Assembly (NCBI GenBank): GCA_963811375.1
Contig: CAWEQY010000008.1
Span: forward strand, 34,092-98,091
DNA: 64,000 nt
From: an uncultured Solirubrobacterales bacterium
GTDB lineage: Bacteria; Actinomycetota; Thermoleophilia; Solirubrobacterales; 70-9
Direction of reading: 5' to 3'
Made by a program: the position numbers and the translations under genes. Positions 9,596-17,429 of this stretch are shown here, one piece after another. Positions within the stretch are counted from its first letter, which is position 1. The number at the start of each line of letters is the position of its first letter. Below the pieces are notes generated by a model, which was given only the letters and a program-made list of their open reading frames with translations, did not search any database and was not told where the DNA came from.

Positions 9596-10309
9596 GTGTT
9601 TTCTCGCGCTCATAAAACTCACAGACTGCTCATCGTCGGCCTGGCCCTGGTCGCGTTGCTGTCGCTCCCAAGCGCCGCCTCGCCCGCGGGCCGGATCGTC
9701 GTCTTCGGCACCGACTCCGGCTCGCACCTGAAGGTGACCAGGAGCGGAGGCGACGTCGTGGTCGAGGGGACGATGGCCTCGGCCCGGCCGCAGGGCTGCA
9801 ACCTCACCGCCGGCAACCATGTCGCTGTCTGTCCGATCGCCGGCGCCGGCGGGATCGAAATCGAGATGGGGGCCGGCAACGACTTCGTCGAAGTGCTCGA
9901 CCCACTGCCCTTCACGCTCACCGCCCACCTTGGCGACGGCGAAGACAAGTTCATCGGCAATGCCGAGAAGGACGTCTGCTTCCCCGAGGGATCGAGGCGC
10001 AACCGCTGCATCGGCGAAGGTGGAGACGACGTCTGCATCACCGGCTCCCGCAACAGCGACTGCGTCGGCGGCTCCGGCGACGACTACTGCCGCACGAGCA
10101 CGGGCAGCGACGGCTGCTGGGGCGGCCCCGGCGACGACGTCTGTTACATGGGCCCCGGCCAGGACGGCTGCCACGGCGAAGCCGGCAACGACCGGCTCTA
10201 CGGCGAACACGACCCCGACCAGCTCTACGGCGGCGAAGGTTTCGATTTCTGCGACGGCGGCCCGGGGATGGGCTACTCGCGAGCCTGCGAGGCCGGCCCC
10301 GGCCGCTAG
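9596..10309 (+). CDS. Secreted Cys-rich protein with calcium-binding (RTX-like GGxGxD) repeats
   Basis: GTG at 9596 and signal peptide LLIVGLALVALLSLPSAASPA. The C-terminal repeats are CVGGSGDDYC, CWGGPGDDVC, CHGEAGNDRLYG and LYGGEGFDFC. Confidence 0.6.
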   Translation: MFSRAHKTHRLLIVGLALVALLSLPSAASPAGRIVVFGTDSGSHLKVTRSGGDVVVEGTMASARPQGCNLTAGNHVAVCPIAGAGGIEIEMGAGNDFVEVLDPLPFTLTAHLGDGEDKFIGNAEKDVCFPEGSRRNRCIGEGGDDVCITGSRNSDCVGGSGDDYCRTSTGSDGCWGGPGDDVCYMGPGQDGCHGEAGNDRLYGEHDPDQLYGGEGFDFCDGGPGMGYSRACEAGPGR

Positions 10310-10323
10310 TCGGGCCAGGCTGG

Positions 10324-10360
10324 CCTACAGCCCCATCGTCTTGCCGAGGATCTCCTTCAT
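10324..10360. repeat. attL: left copy of the 37-bp direct repeat flanking the island
   Basis: cctacagccccatcgtcttgccgaggatctccttcat is identical base-for-base at 10324..10360 and 20958..20994. The flanking bases differ on both sides. Confidence 0.85.
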
Positions 10361-10654
10361 GAAGCCCGACCGTGGAAGCTCCGGACCACAAGGGACGTTC
10401 GAGGACATTAATCCCTTGCAAATCGAATTCTTCTGCCGTGACGACGGATGACGGGAGTGACCGCGAGCTAGGGGTGCTGCGTGTCGGAATTGTGTCCGCT
10501 CCTCGCTACGCCGGTCGAGCATCCAGAACTTGGCTAGAGGGACAGGGCGGCCAGGTTCTCAGGCGATCGGCCGGGTCGACTCCAGGTCGCAGGGAGTTGA
10601 GGGACCGACTCCCGTTTCGCGGATCTTGGGAGCCGCGGATATTTTAGGACTGAG

Positions 10655-13645
10655 ATGGGCAAGGGTGCACGGCTACGCGCTGAACGTCGCGGCGAGCAGG
10701 CGCTTCAGGAAAACCTGGAGGGGCTGCTCGAGGCGGTCTCCGAGACGAGAAACGCAGAGGGCATTGCCGAGCTCGTCCAGGAGCGCCCCGAGCTTTTCGC
10801 CCCGGAGGTGCTGGCCCACATTGAAACTGCTCGGGATCTGCCCCACGCAGGCCCCTACCTCGAGCCGATCGGCATGCTTGTGCGCTTCGCGCCAGAAAAT
10901 CCCGAGCGCGCCTGGGAGGCCTACACAGAGGCCCGCGATCTGCTCCAAAGCGCCTTGACGGCAATCGAGCCGCGCTCCGAGGAGCTTGGCTCGATGCTCG
11001 ATCAGCGCCGCTACGACGAGGCGATCGAGGTCGGAGAGGAGGTGCTTTCTCAGGCATTCGCCGACGGCCTCGGACTGGTGGTGATCGAGACCCGAGAGCG
11101 CCTGGTGACCGCCTACCGGAACGCCGAAGGCGGCGACCGGGCTGAGAACATCGAGAAGGCGATCGGTCACGTAGACGAGGTCGTGCAGGCGACGCCGGCG
11201 CCTGACCGGGCCGGCGCGATGATGAATTTCGCCGTCCTGGTCAGCATGCGGCTTAAAGGCGACCCGGCCGAAAACTTCGAGATCGGCGTCGGCGTGCTTC
11301 GCGACGCCCTGGAGGAAGCAAGGCGTGCCGACGATCCGAAAACCACCGCCACGAGCGAGATGAACCTGGCCCGCACGCTTCAGGTGCGCCAGCGCGGCGA
11401 GAAAATCGACAACCTGATCGAGGCTCGCGATCTCTGCCGCCGCTCGCTCACCTTCCGAACGCTTGAGCGTGATCCTGTCGACTGGGCCTACAGCATGCTT
11501 AACCTCGGCGGGATCGAGAACGACCTGATCCCACTCGGCGCAGCCGAAGTCGGCGACGCCGAAGGCCCGCTGCTCGAGTTGATCGAGGCCGGAGAGCAGG
11601 TCGAGGAGAAGTGGCTCCTCGGCTTTGCCCACTCCTCGCTCGGGGCGGTGCACCGTGACGAGGCCCGACGAATACAGCATGCAAGCGAACGGGTCAGCGT
11701 CGGCCCGGGCCGCCCTACGCCGCCGGAGGGGGAGGAGGCCGGACGCCTCGGGCTCGCCCGCCAGCACCTTGAGAGTGGCCTTGGGCTTCTCGACCCGGCC
11801 CGCAACCCCGACACGGTCGGGCGCACCTTGGCTGATCTGGCCGAAGTAGCTGATCACTTCGAGGACGAGGATGAAGCGATCGCTCTCTACCGGACCGCCG
11901 TAGCCCACGTCGACGCCCGACTCGAACCGCGCCTCGCCCGGGATGCAGGCGGACGACTCGGTCACCTGCTCGCCCAGAATGGCGAGTGGGACGATGCCGC
12001 CGCAGCCTTCACGAAGGCCGTCGAAGGGGCCGAGCTGGCGTTTCACGCCCGCTTTGCCACCGCCGACCGAATCGATGAGGGAGAGCGCTCAGGCAATCTC
12101 CCGCGCTGGGCGGCGATCACCATTGCCCGCGCCGGCGACCTAGAGAAAGCGCTTCTCGTCCTGGAGAACGGTCGCACCCGGGAGCTGCGTCGGCGCCTCG
12201 GCGTCGGCAAGGGCGAGTTGGAACTGCTGCCCGATGATGCTCGCGAGGACTACGAAGCCGCGCAGGCGAGCCTTGCCGCGCTGCCGCTCGGCGCCGACTC
12301 CCACGAGGCGGCCTACGTCCTGCAGAGGGTGGTCGCCGCGATTCGGGAGATTCCCGGACGCGAAGAGTTCGGGACCGGCTTCGCCCTCGCCGACGTCTCA
12401 GGCGCGGTCGAGGAGGGTTGTCCGCTTCTCTATGTCGACCCGAGCCCCTACGGAACCATGCTCCTCGCCGCTCACCGTACCGGCGGCGAGGTCCATCTGG
12501 AGACCACGTTCCTTGAGCGGCCGATCGCCTTCGAGGTGCTGATGCACTCGGCTCTCGGTGATTACGAGAGGCTCTTTCGCGAACCGCAGAATCCAGGGGA
12601 GTCGGCTGGATACCTGGCCGCTCTCTCGAACCCCGATTCCGACCCTGATCACCTCGACCGCGCTCTCGTCTATCTGACGGCAACCCTCGGGGAGACCTTG
12701 GCTAAGCCGATCGCCCAGTTCCTAACCAAGCTCGGCGCGGCGAAGGCGACGCTTGTCCTCTGCGGGCCCTTGGCCTTCGCGCCGGTGCACGCGTTCCGGT
12801 GGGAGGAGGATGGCGTGGAGGTCGCGCTCCTCGAGCGCTTCGAGTTGCGCATCGCCCCTTCGGCCACCCTCCAGGGCGCCAGCATCGAACGCGCGGCTGA
12901 GCGCGGCGAGCGCGGGGTCTCCCTGGCGGCGCTCGGAGACCCAGACCTCGACGATCCGGAACTCGACCTGCCGGCGGCGGGCGCCGAGGTGGAAGAAATT
13001 GCAGAGCTCTTTGCCAGGGATTCCCGCGAGTGCGCGTTTCGCGCCGAGGCGACTAGCGCGTTCTTGGAGCGCACCGCCCCTAGCGCATCGCACGTCCACC
13101 TCGCCTGCCACGGCAGCGGCTCCCTTTTCTCTTCGGATGAGAGCGAAGAGCCGCGCATCTACCTCGCCGACCGCGAGGTGACCGGCTCAGAGCTCGTCAC
13201 CCTGGGATTGTCCGCCGACCTCACGGTAATTTCTGCGTGCGAGACGGCTGTTTCCTCGCTTGGCTTTCAGGCTCACGAGGCCCTGTCGTTGGGAGCGGCA
13301 TTTCTCGCCGCCGGCAGTTCGGTCGCCGTTGCAAGCCTGTGGACTGTCGACGACATCGCTACCGCGATGCTGATGGCCCGCTTCTATAGAGAGATGTTCG
13401 AGTCGGGCACCTCGCCGGCCGCCGCGCTGCGCTCAGCCCAGCTCTGGCTTCGCGACCTTGACGAGGATGAAGAGCAGGAATTCCTGGTCGCGCATCCGGA
13501 AATCGAGGAGGCCTATCGCACGCGTGAGCAGGCTGGCGATCGGCCCGGAAGAAGAGGCGCGGCGGGCGCTGGAGCGGTGGTGGCCGACAGGCCTTACGCC
13601 TCACCCGAGTTCTGGGCACCATTCATTTGCTTCGGCGCCGGTTAG
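10655..13645 (+). CDS. TPR-like repeat / CHAT-domain (caspase-like) protease
   Basis: ATG at 10655. The N-terminal ~650 aa are helical-repeat. The C-terminal CHAT domain has a His (SHVHLACHGSG) and Cys (LTVISACETAVSS) dyad and the VASLWTVDDIATAMLMARFY block. Confidence 0.85.
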   Translation: MGKGARLRAERRGEQALQENLEGLLEAVSETRNAEGIAELVQERPELFAPEVLAHIETARDLPHAGPYLEPIGMLVRFAPENPERAWEAYTEARDLLQSALTAIEPRSEELGSMLDQRRYDEAIEVGEEVLSQAFADGLGLVVIETRERLVTAYRNAEGGDRAENIEKAIGHVDEVVQATPAPDRAGAMMNFAVLVSMRLKGDPAENFEIGVGVLRDALEEARRADDPKTTATSEMNLARTLQVRQRGEKIDNLIEARDLCRRSLTFRTLERDPVDWAYSMLNLGGIENDLIPLGAAEVGDAEGPLLELIEAGEQVEEKWLLGFAHSSLGAVHRDEARRIQHASERVSVGPGRPTPPEGEEAGRLGLARQHLESGLGLLDPARNPDTVGRTLADLAEVADHFEDEDEAIALYRTAVAHVDARLEPRLARDAGGRLGHLLAQNGEWDDAAAAFTKAVEGAELAFHARFATADRIDEGERSGNLPRWAAITIARAGDLEKALLVLENGRTRELRRRLGVGKGELELLPDDAREDYEAAQASLAALPLGADSHEAAYVLQRVVAAIREIPGREEFGTGFALADVSGAVEEGCPLLYVDPSPYGTMLLAAHRTGGEVHLETTFLERPIAFEVLMHSALGDYERLFREPQNPGESAGYLAALSNPDSDPDHLDRALVYLTATLGETLAKPIAQFLTKLGAAKATLVLCGPLAFAPVHAFRWEEDGVEVALLERFELRIAPSATLQGASIERAAERGERGVSLAALGDPDLDDPELDLPAAGAEVEEIAELFARDSRECAFRAEATSAFLERTAPSASHVHLACHGSGSLFSSDESEEPRIYLADREVTGSELVTLGLSADLTVISACETAVSSLGFQAHEALSLGAAFLAAGSSVAVASLWTVDDIATAMLMARFYREMFESGTSPAAALRSAQLWLRDLDEDEEQEFLVAHPEIEEAYRTREQAGDRPGRRGAAGAGAVVADRPYASPEFWAPFICFGAG

Positions 13646-13802
13646 TAGGGCCTCGCCTTCGGTTGGTGGGCTCCGAACCGGGCCGTCGGCTGCGATGTGA
13701 CCACGGGGTCTAATCAGCAGAGGCCAGAGTGGAGATGACGGACGCCGATGCCGAGGATCTAAGCCGTGATCTCGTCATTAGAGAAAATGCTGGAAGAAGT
13801 CC

Positions 13803-13828
13803 CTGCAAAGCGGGGGGTCGCTTTGCAG
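13803..13828. terminator. Perfect 10-bp stem / 6-nt loop hairpin between the CHAT gene and the RT operon (possible bidirectional terminator)
   Basis: ctgcaaagcg-gggggt-cgctttgcag. On the minus strand it is followed by a moderately U-rich tract (GGACUUCUUCCAGCAUUUUCUC). Confidence 0.35.
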
Positions 13829-13933
13829 AAATAGATCCTCAAAGGGCCCGCCGAGGAAACGGATCTGACGTGTCCGGATTGTGCCTCTGAGTCGCTCCCT
13901 AGATCATAAAAAACACCCAAATGCAGGGGAAAA

Positions 13934-13969
13934 TCAAAGTCCAAATTGCTTACTGACGATCTCCTTCAT
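13934..13969 (-). pseudogene. Orphan 3' end of an acyl-CoA dehydrogenase-like gene (MKEIVSKQFGL-stop): degenerate internal att-like junction
   Basis: The minus strand reads atgaaggagatcgtcagtaagcaatttggactttga. This compares with MKEILGKTMGL-stop encoded by the 37-bp repeat. gatctccttcat is identical to the inner end of the repeat, and the adjacent arm resembles the arm right of attL. Confidence 0.5.
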
Positions 13970-14146
13970 GAGTTCCGAGCGTGGGACGGGTGGGCACACG
14001 GGATCGTCGGAGGGCAAAGAATCGCCGCAAATGGCTCTCTTTGAGGACGAGGGGGATGATCCGGCGTGGTCGCCCAGGGACCCATAGATATGTCCGTTTT
14101 GTGTTGGCCGATGATGGTTTCGCCCAACGCCTCGGTCGGGGATTGC

Positions 14147-15670
14147 TCAGATCTTTGACCAGCCGAAGGGTTCGCCTCTCAAGGACTTAGCGAGTCGAGC
14201 CAGACTGCGTCCCTCACTCGACCAGCTACTAAAGCGGCCGTCTCGCTCCGGCGCGTTCTTTTCTTGGATAGCTACAAGGGCATACGAAAGCCATGGACGC
14301 GGCGCCTTCGAGAAGAAGTGATCCGCCGCCGAAAAGTCGTGTTCATCCGACTGGCTACCCCAAGCCAAAAGCGCGCGAGCGCGGACCAACGGATGGTCGT
14401 GCTTGATCGCGAGCTCCGCGACTCGGCCAGAAAGTGCTTTCGCTCCACGCGCGGGGATGACTTGAATGGCGCGAAGAATATGAAGCCACTCCTGAGTTCG
14501 GTGAAAACGGTCCGACGTGATGTTGGCCAGGGCAGAAGCAACCTCCTCCCTGTGGTCGCTAGTCGCTAGCGACTCTAGGTACCGACAGGCGGCCGCAGTC
14601 AGGCCAGGCATGCGAAGCAAAACCTGTGGCAGTGCATTGATGGCATGGGGGTGCTTCTCGCGCGCGAGATGTCGAAGCGCGAAGGTGAACTCATTCCGAC
14701 GATATTCATCGTTGCCGAGCGCGTGAACTGCATCGTCGAAAATCGCGCAGACACGATCAAGGCGGATCTCGTCGATCTGATCATCGTCAGGCGCATATTC
14801 ACCCTCCTGCAACTCAGCCAATAGTTGCTCGACCCCCTCTTGCGGGGTCAGCCGGGACAGAACCCGCTCGGATCTCCGGATCCTGGTCTTACCACCCCCG
14901 AGGCTCAAGCCGTCTTCGTACAGCAGCTCCTCGATTCTGTCTAGAAGTTGCCTAGCTTCATGGTGGGTCGGGCAGCTGATTGCTATGTCGTCCATGTATC
15001 GAACGAACGGAACGCCTTCGGCGCGAAGTAGCTCATCGAGTGGGGAGAGGTAAAAGTTCGCCAGGGATGAGGAAGGAGGACTCCCCTGTGGCAGCCCTCG
15101 CACGCCCTGGGCTGCCCATCCGGACAGGAGGCCGCCAAGATCAGTGACCACGCTGCCGTCGCACCCAGCTTCTAGTAGCCGGCGCTCAAGTTGGCTCACG
15201 CTGATGTTTAAGAAGAAACTCGCCACATCAGCTTCGATGACATAGCCGTCGAAAGCATCAAACGCAATCTGATGAAGTGCAATGTTGTAATCAACCCATC
15301 GAGGTGAATCTGCAAATGGGTCGTCCTCGCTAAGCGGGGAAAGCCGATAAGCGAAGACCTCCTCGCGAGACCCCAAGGCATTCTCTATCGGGGTCTTCAT
15401 GGCGTCCACCAAGGCTTGATACAGCAGCATGTCGCGTGGATGGACTCGGACAAACGGGCGAACCGTTGCTTGCCCAGGCTTGGTGGCGGGAACGCGCTGG
15501 ACGCCTTGCACTTGGTGGTTGTTGCAGAGAGCGGGGGAGGAACCCCAGAACCTCGCCGCTACCTCGAACGGCAGCCGATCTGGCACATCCATAATTCCCC
15601 CGCGAACCCGATGCAGAACCCGTTGCCACGACCGATCGATACGCAGTTGATCTAGTGATTTCAGATGCAT
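14147..15670 (-). CDS. Reverse transcriptase with C-terminal HEAT-like helical-repeat domain (UG/Abi- or DRT-like, unclassified)
   Basis: Palm motifs are KPGQATVRPFVRVHPRDMLLYQAL, YVIEADVASFF, RGLPQGSPPSSSLANFYLSPLD, FVRYMDDIAISC (YMDD at 14987..14998) and LSLGGGKTRI. The C-terminal ~200 aa are helical and end in the HEAT/PBS-like HPLVRARALLAWG. An alternative ATG at 15592 follows GGGGGA. Confidence 0.85.
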   Translation of the reverse strand: MHLKSLDQLRIDRSWQRVLHRVRGGIMDVPDRLPFEVAARFWGSSPALCNNHQVQGVQRVPATKPGQATVRPFVRVHPRDMLLYQALVDAMKTPIENALGSREEVFAYRLSPLSEDDPFADSPRWVDYNIALHQIAFDAFDGYVIEADVASFFLNISVSQLERRLLEAGCDGSVVTDLGGLLSGWAAQGVRGLPQGSPPSSSLANFYLSPLDELLRAEGVPFVRYMDDIAISCPTHHEARQLLDRIEELLYEDGLSLGGGKTRIRRSERVLSRLTPQEGVEQLLAELQEGEYAPDDDQIDEIRLDRVCAIFDDAVHALGNDEYRRNEFTFALRHLAREKHPHAINALPQVLLRMPGLTAAACRYLESLATSDHREEVASALANITSDRFHRTQEWLHILRAIQVIPARGAKALSGRVAELAIKHDHPLVRARALLAWGSQSDEHDFSAADHFFSKAPRPWLSYALVAIQEKNAPERDGRFSSWSSEGRSLARLAKSLRGEPFGWSKI

Positions 15671-15690
15671 GAACAGATGTGATTGAGAGT

Positions 15691-15741
15691 GTCGCCCCGC
15701 CCGGACTGTTTAGTCCTGATCCTGGATAGGCCGGGTGCGAC
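15691..15741 (-). other. GC-rich compound stem-loop inside the 88-nt ATPase-RT spacer (candidate RNA element)
   Basis: Minus-strand RNA is GUCGCACCCGG...CCGGGCGGGGCGAC (outer imperfect stem) enclosing GGACU-AAAC-AGUCC. No U-tract follows it, and no Shine-Dalgarno precedes the RT ATG at 15670. Confidence 0.3.
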
Positions 15742-15758
15742 GGATTGCGCTTTAGGAT

Positions 15759-17429
15759 CTAGCCAAACAAGCGAAGGGGGGCATCATCCGGCTCATCTTC
15801 GGTTGATTCAACGATCTCAATGGCCTCCTCGGCCCGGACATCGCCTTCTTGGGCGATGATCCCAGCCGCGCGCTTGAGGTCGTAGACAGGCGCCTCACGA
15901 AGCTTCACTCTGCGACGTTGATCATCGGTTTCCCAGAAGCGGACGATCTCGATGTTGCGCTTTCTTGGCTCCATGAAGAGCGCAAAGTCCAACGTATATG
16001 CCTCGTAACGACCGGGCCTCCCAGACGCGGCGCTCGTGCTGGGATCGACCAGGTGAATCAACTTGAAGTCCATAAGCTGCTGCATCAACTCGTGCGCGTC
16101 GGCATATGCCGCTTTCTGTTCTAGCGGCACCAAAAAAGCCGTCTTGCGCTTCTCCGTCAGGCAAAACTTGACGACGTCAACAAATAGCGCTTCAAGAGCA
16201 GGAACCTCACTTCCCGCGTCCGTCCGGAGATCCTTGAGCTTCGTCTCGTTGCTCAGTGCTGCCGCAGCTCGGCGCAGATCCGTCGGAGTGAGATTCTTTC
16301 TCTTAGGGGTTCGCGCGGCCCGGTCTAGCCCTCCCACGAAGATGTTGAGATAGTCGCGAGGCACGCCCCCAGAAAGCAACACGAGATCCTTGCTGGCTTC
16401 TTCACTCATGATTGAAAGCACGTCCTCCTCGATGCCGACTTGCTTTCCAAGTTCCCGCAGCATCGTTCCGAGATACGCCCCGGTTTGCCCCAGATCTTCG
16501 AGGGTTTGATCGAGGTTGAAGCCGTCCACGTCTTGCTGAATCTGGATTCCTATATGCAGCGGGGTAGTCTCAAGGAGCCGGGTTCTGTGGCGTACCGTTC
16601 CAACCTTGAAATAGAGATCGGTGTCCCGTAGAAGTCGATGAATGTAGTCGATCACATTTGGCTGCACGCCTGAGTCGATTAGATAGAAGTCATCAATGAT
16701 GAACACAGCGAACTCAGCACTGGATTCCTCGATGCGATCCTGGATCACGGACTTGTAATCCGGGAGGCGGTTCTCGATCTCTCGGACCTTTCGCTCGTCG
16801 CTTTCCCGGACTTCTTGGGTGCTTTCACTGCTGGATTGCTCTGAGTCGAGGCTTCCGCCGATCCCTTTGGTTCCGACGGTGGCCCCTGCGCTGTCCTTAA
16901 GGCCTGATGCAGCGTCTTTCGTGACCTTGAGTTTCGAAGCGCTTGGAAGGGAAAGGAGGCCCTTGAGTTCCTTCACCACCTCTTGGACTGGATCGGACTC
17001 ACTGAACAGCCTGGCCTTCAAACGCTTTCCTGCGGACCGCTTTGGAAGCCCTTGAAAAATGGCGAGCAGAAGGCGGAGCAATACATCCGGATATTCCAAG
17101 GTCTTGATGGTGTCCGCGAGGATGTACGCCGAGTGAACGTTTTCCTCGGGCGCTACTTTGTGCCGGTAGTACACGAGGAGGCAGGACTTTCCGCTTCCCC
17201 GGCGACCAAAGACAATCTGATGCTGCCTAAGGGCAATACGGTCGAGATTGCCGGCGACATCCACGTAGACGGGCGTTCTGTTGTCGCGGACGCGAAAGCT
17301 CTCCCGAATTAGCCTTTCGAGCTTTTTCAGTCGCTTATCGTCTAGCTGGATCTCGTTTCCCTCTGCCATTCCGGATAAGGCTATTCGAGCGATTTTCATT
17401 TGGGTCCGTATGGAGTTCTCAAGGGTCAT
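15759..17429 (-). CDS. ORC/Cdc6-like AAA+ P-loop ATPase with C-terminal winged-helix-like region and acidic tail
   Basis: Walker A GRRGSGKS (17184..17207), Walker B FAVFIIDDFY, sensor-2-like SGGVPRDYLNIF. The ATG at 17429 overlaps the upstream HTH gene by 11 nt (ATGACCCTTGA). The ORF track starts at TTG 17438. Confidence 0.8.
   Translation of the reverse strand: MTLENSIRTQMKIARIALSGMAEGNEIQLDDKRLKKLERLIRESFRVRDNRTPVYVDVAGNLDRIALRQHQIVFGRRGSGKSCLLVYYRHKVAPEENVHSAYILADTIKTLEYPDVLLRLLLAIFQGLPKRSAGKRLKARLFSESDPVQEVVKELKGLLSLPSASKLKVTKDAASGLKDSAGATVGTKGIGGSLDSEQSSSESTQEVRESDERKVREIENRLPDYKSVIQDRIEESSAEFAVFIIDDFYLIDSGVQPNVIDYIHRLLRDTDLYFKVGTVRHRTRLLETTPLHIGIQIQQDVDGFNLDQTLEDLGQTGAYLGTMLRELGKQVGIEEDVLSIMSEEASKDLVLLSGGVPRDYLNIFVGGLDRAARTPKRKNLTPTDLRRAAAALSNETKLKDLRTDAGSEVPALEALFVDVVKFCLTEKRKTAFLVPLEQKAAYADAHELMQQLMDFKLIHLVDPSTSAASGRPGRYEAYTLDFALFMEPRKRNIEIVRFWETDDQRRRVKLREAPVYDLKRAAGIIAQEGDVRAEEAIEIVESTEDEPDDAPLRLFG

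Noticed and set aside
10673-12046. 457-aa ORF antisense to the CHAT gene
   Set aside because: It has no motifs and is fully nested opposite a motif-bearing gene, so it is a high-G+C artefact.
13759-13944. 61-aa ORF in the CHAT-RT gap (also 18424..18762, 112 aa, upstream of the IS110 remnant)
   Set aside because: These have no start context, no motif and odd composition. The first overlaps the att-like remnant and the second runs through a likely non-coding scar region.
14147-15670. Group II intron, DGR or CRISPR-associated RT interpretation
   Set aside because: There is no maturase X or endonuclease domain and no flanking ribozyme-like domain V or VI sequences. There is no template/variable repeat pair or accessory Avd-like gene. 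There is no cas1 or array anywhere in the window.
14147-15758. Retron interpretation of the RT
   Set aside because: The RT is ~507 aa with a long helical-repeat tail, whereas retron RTs are ~300-350 aa. I did not find the retron-typical VTG or NAxxH blocks. The upstream spacer is only 88 nt, with no obvious a1/a2 inverted repeats flanking an msr-msd. This is not excluded without a covariance-model search.
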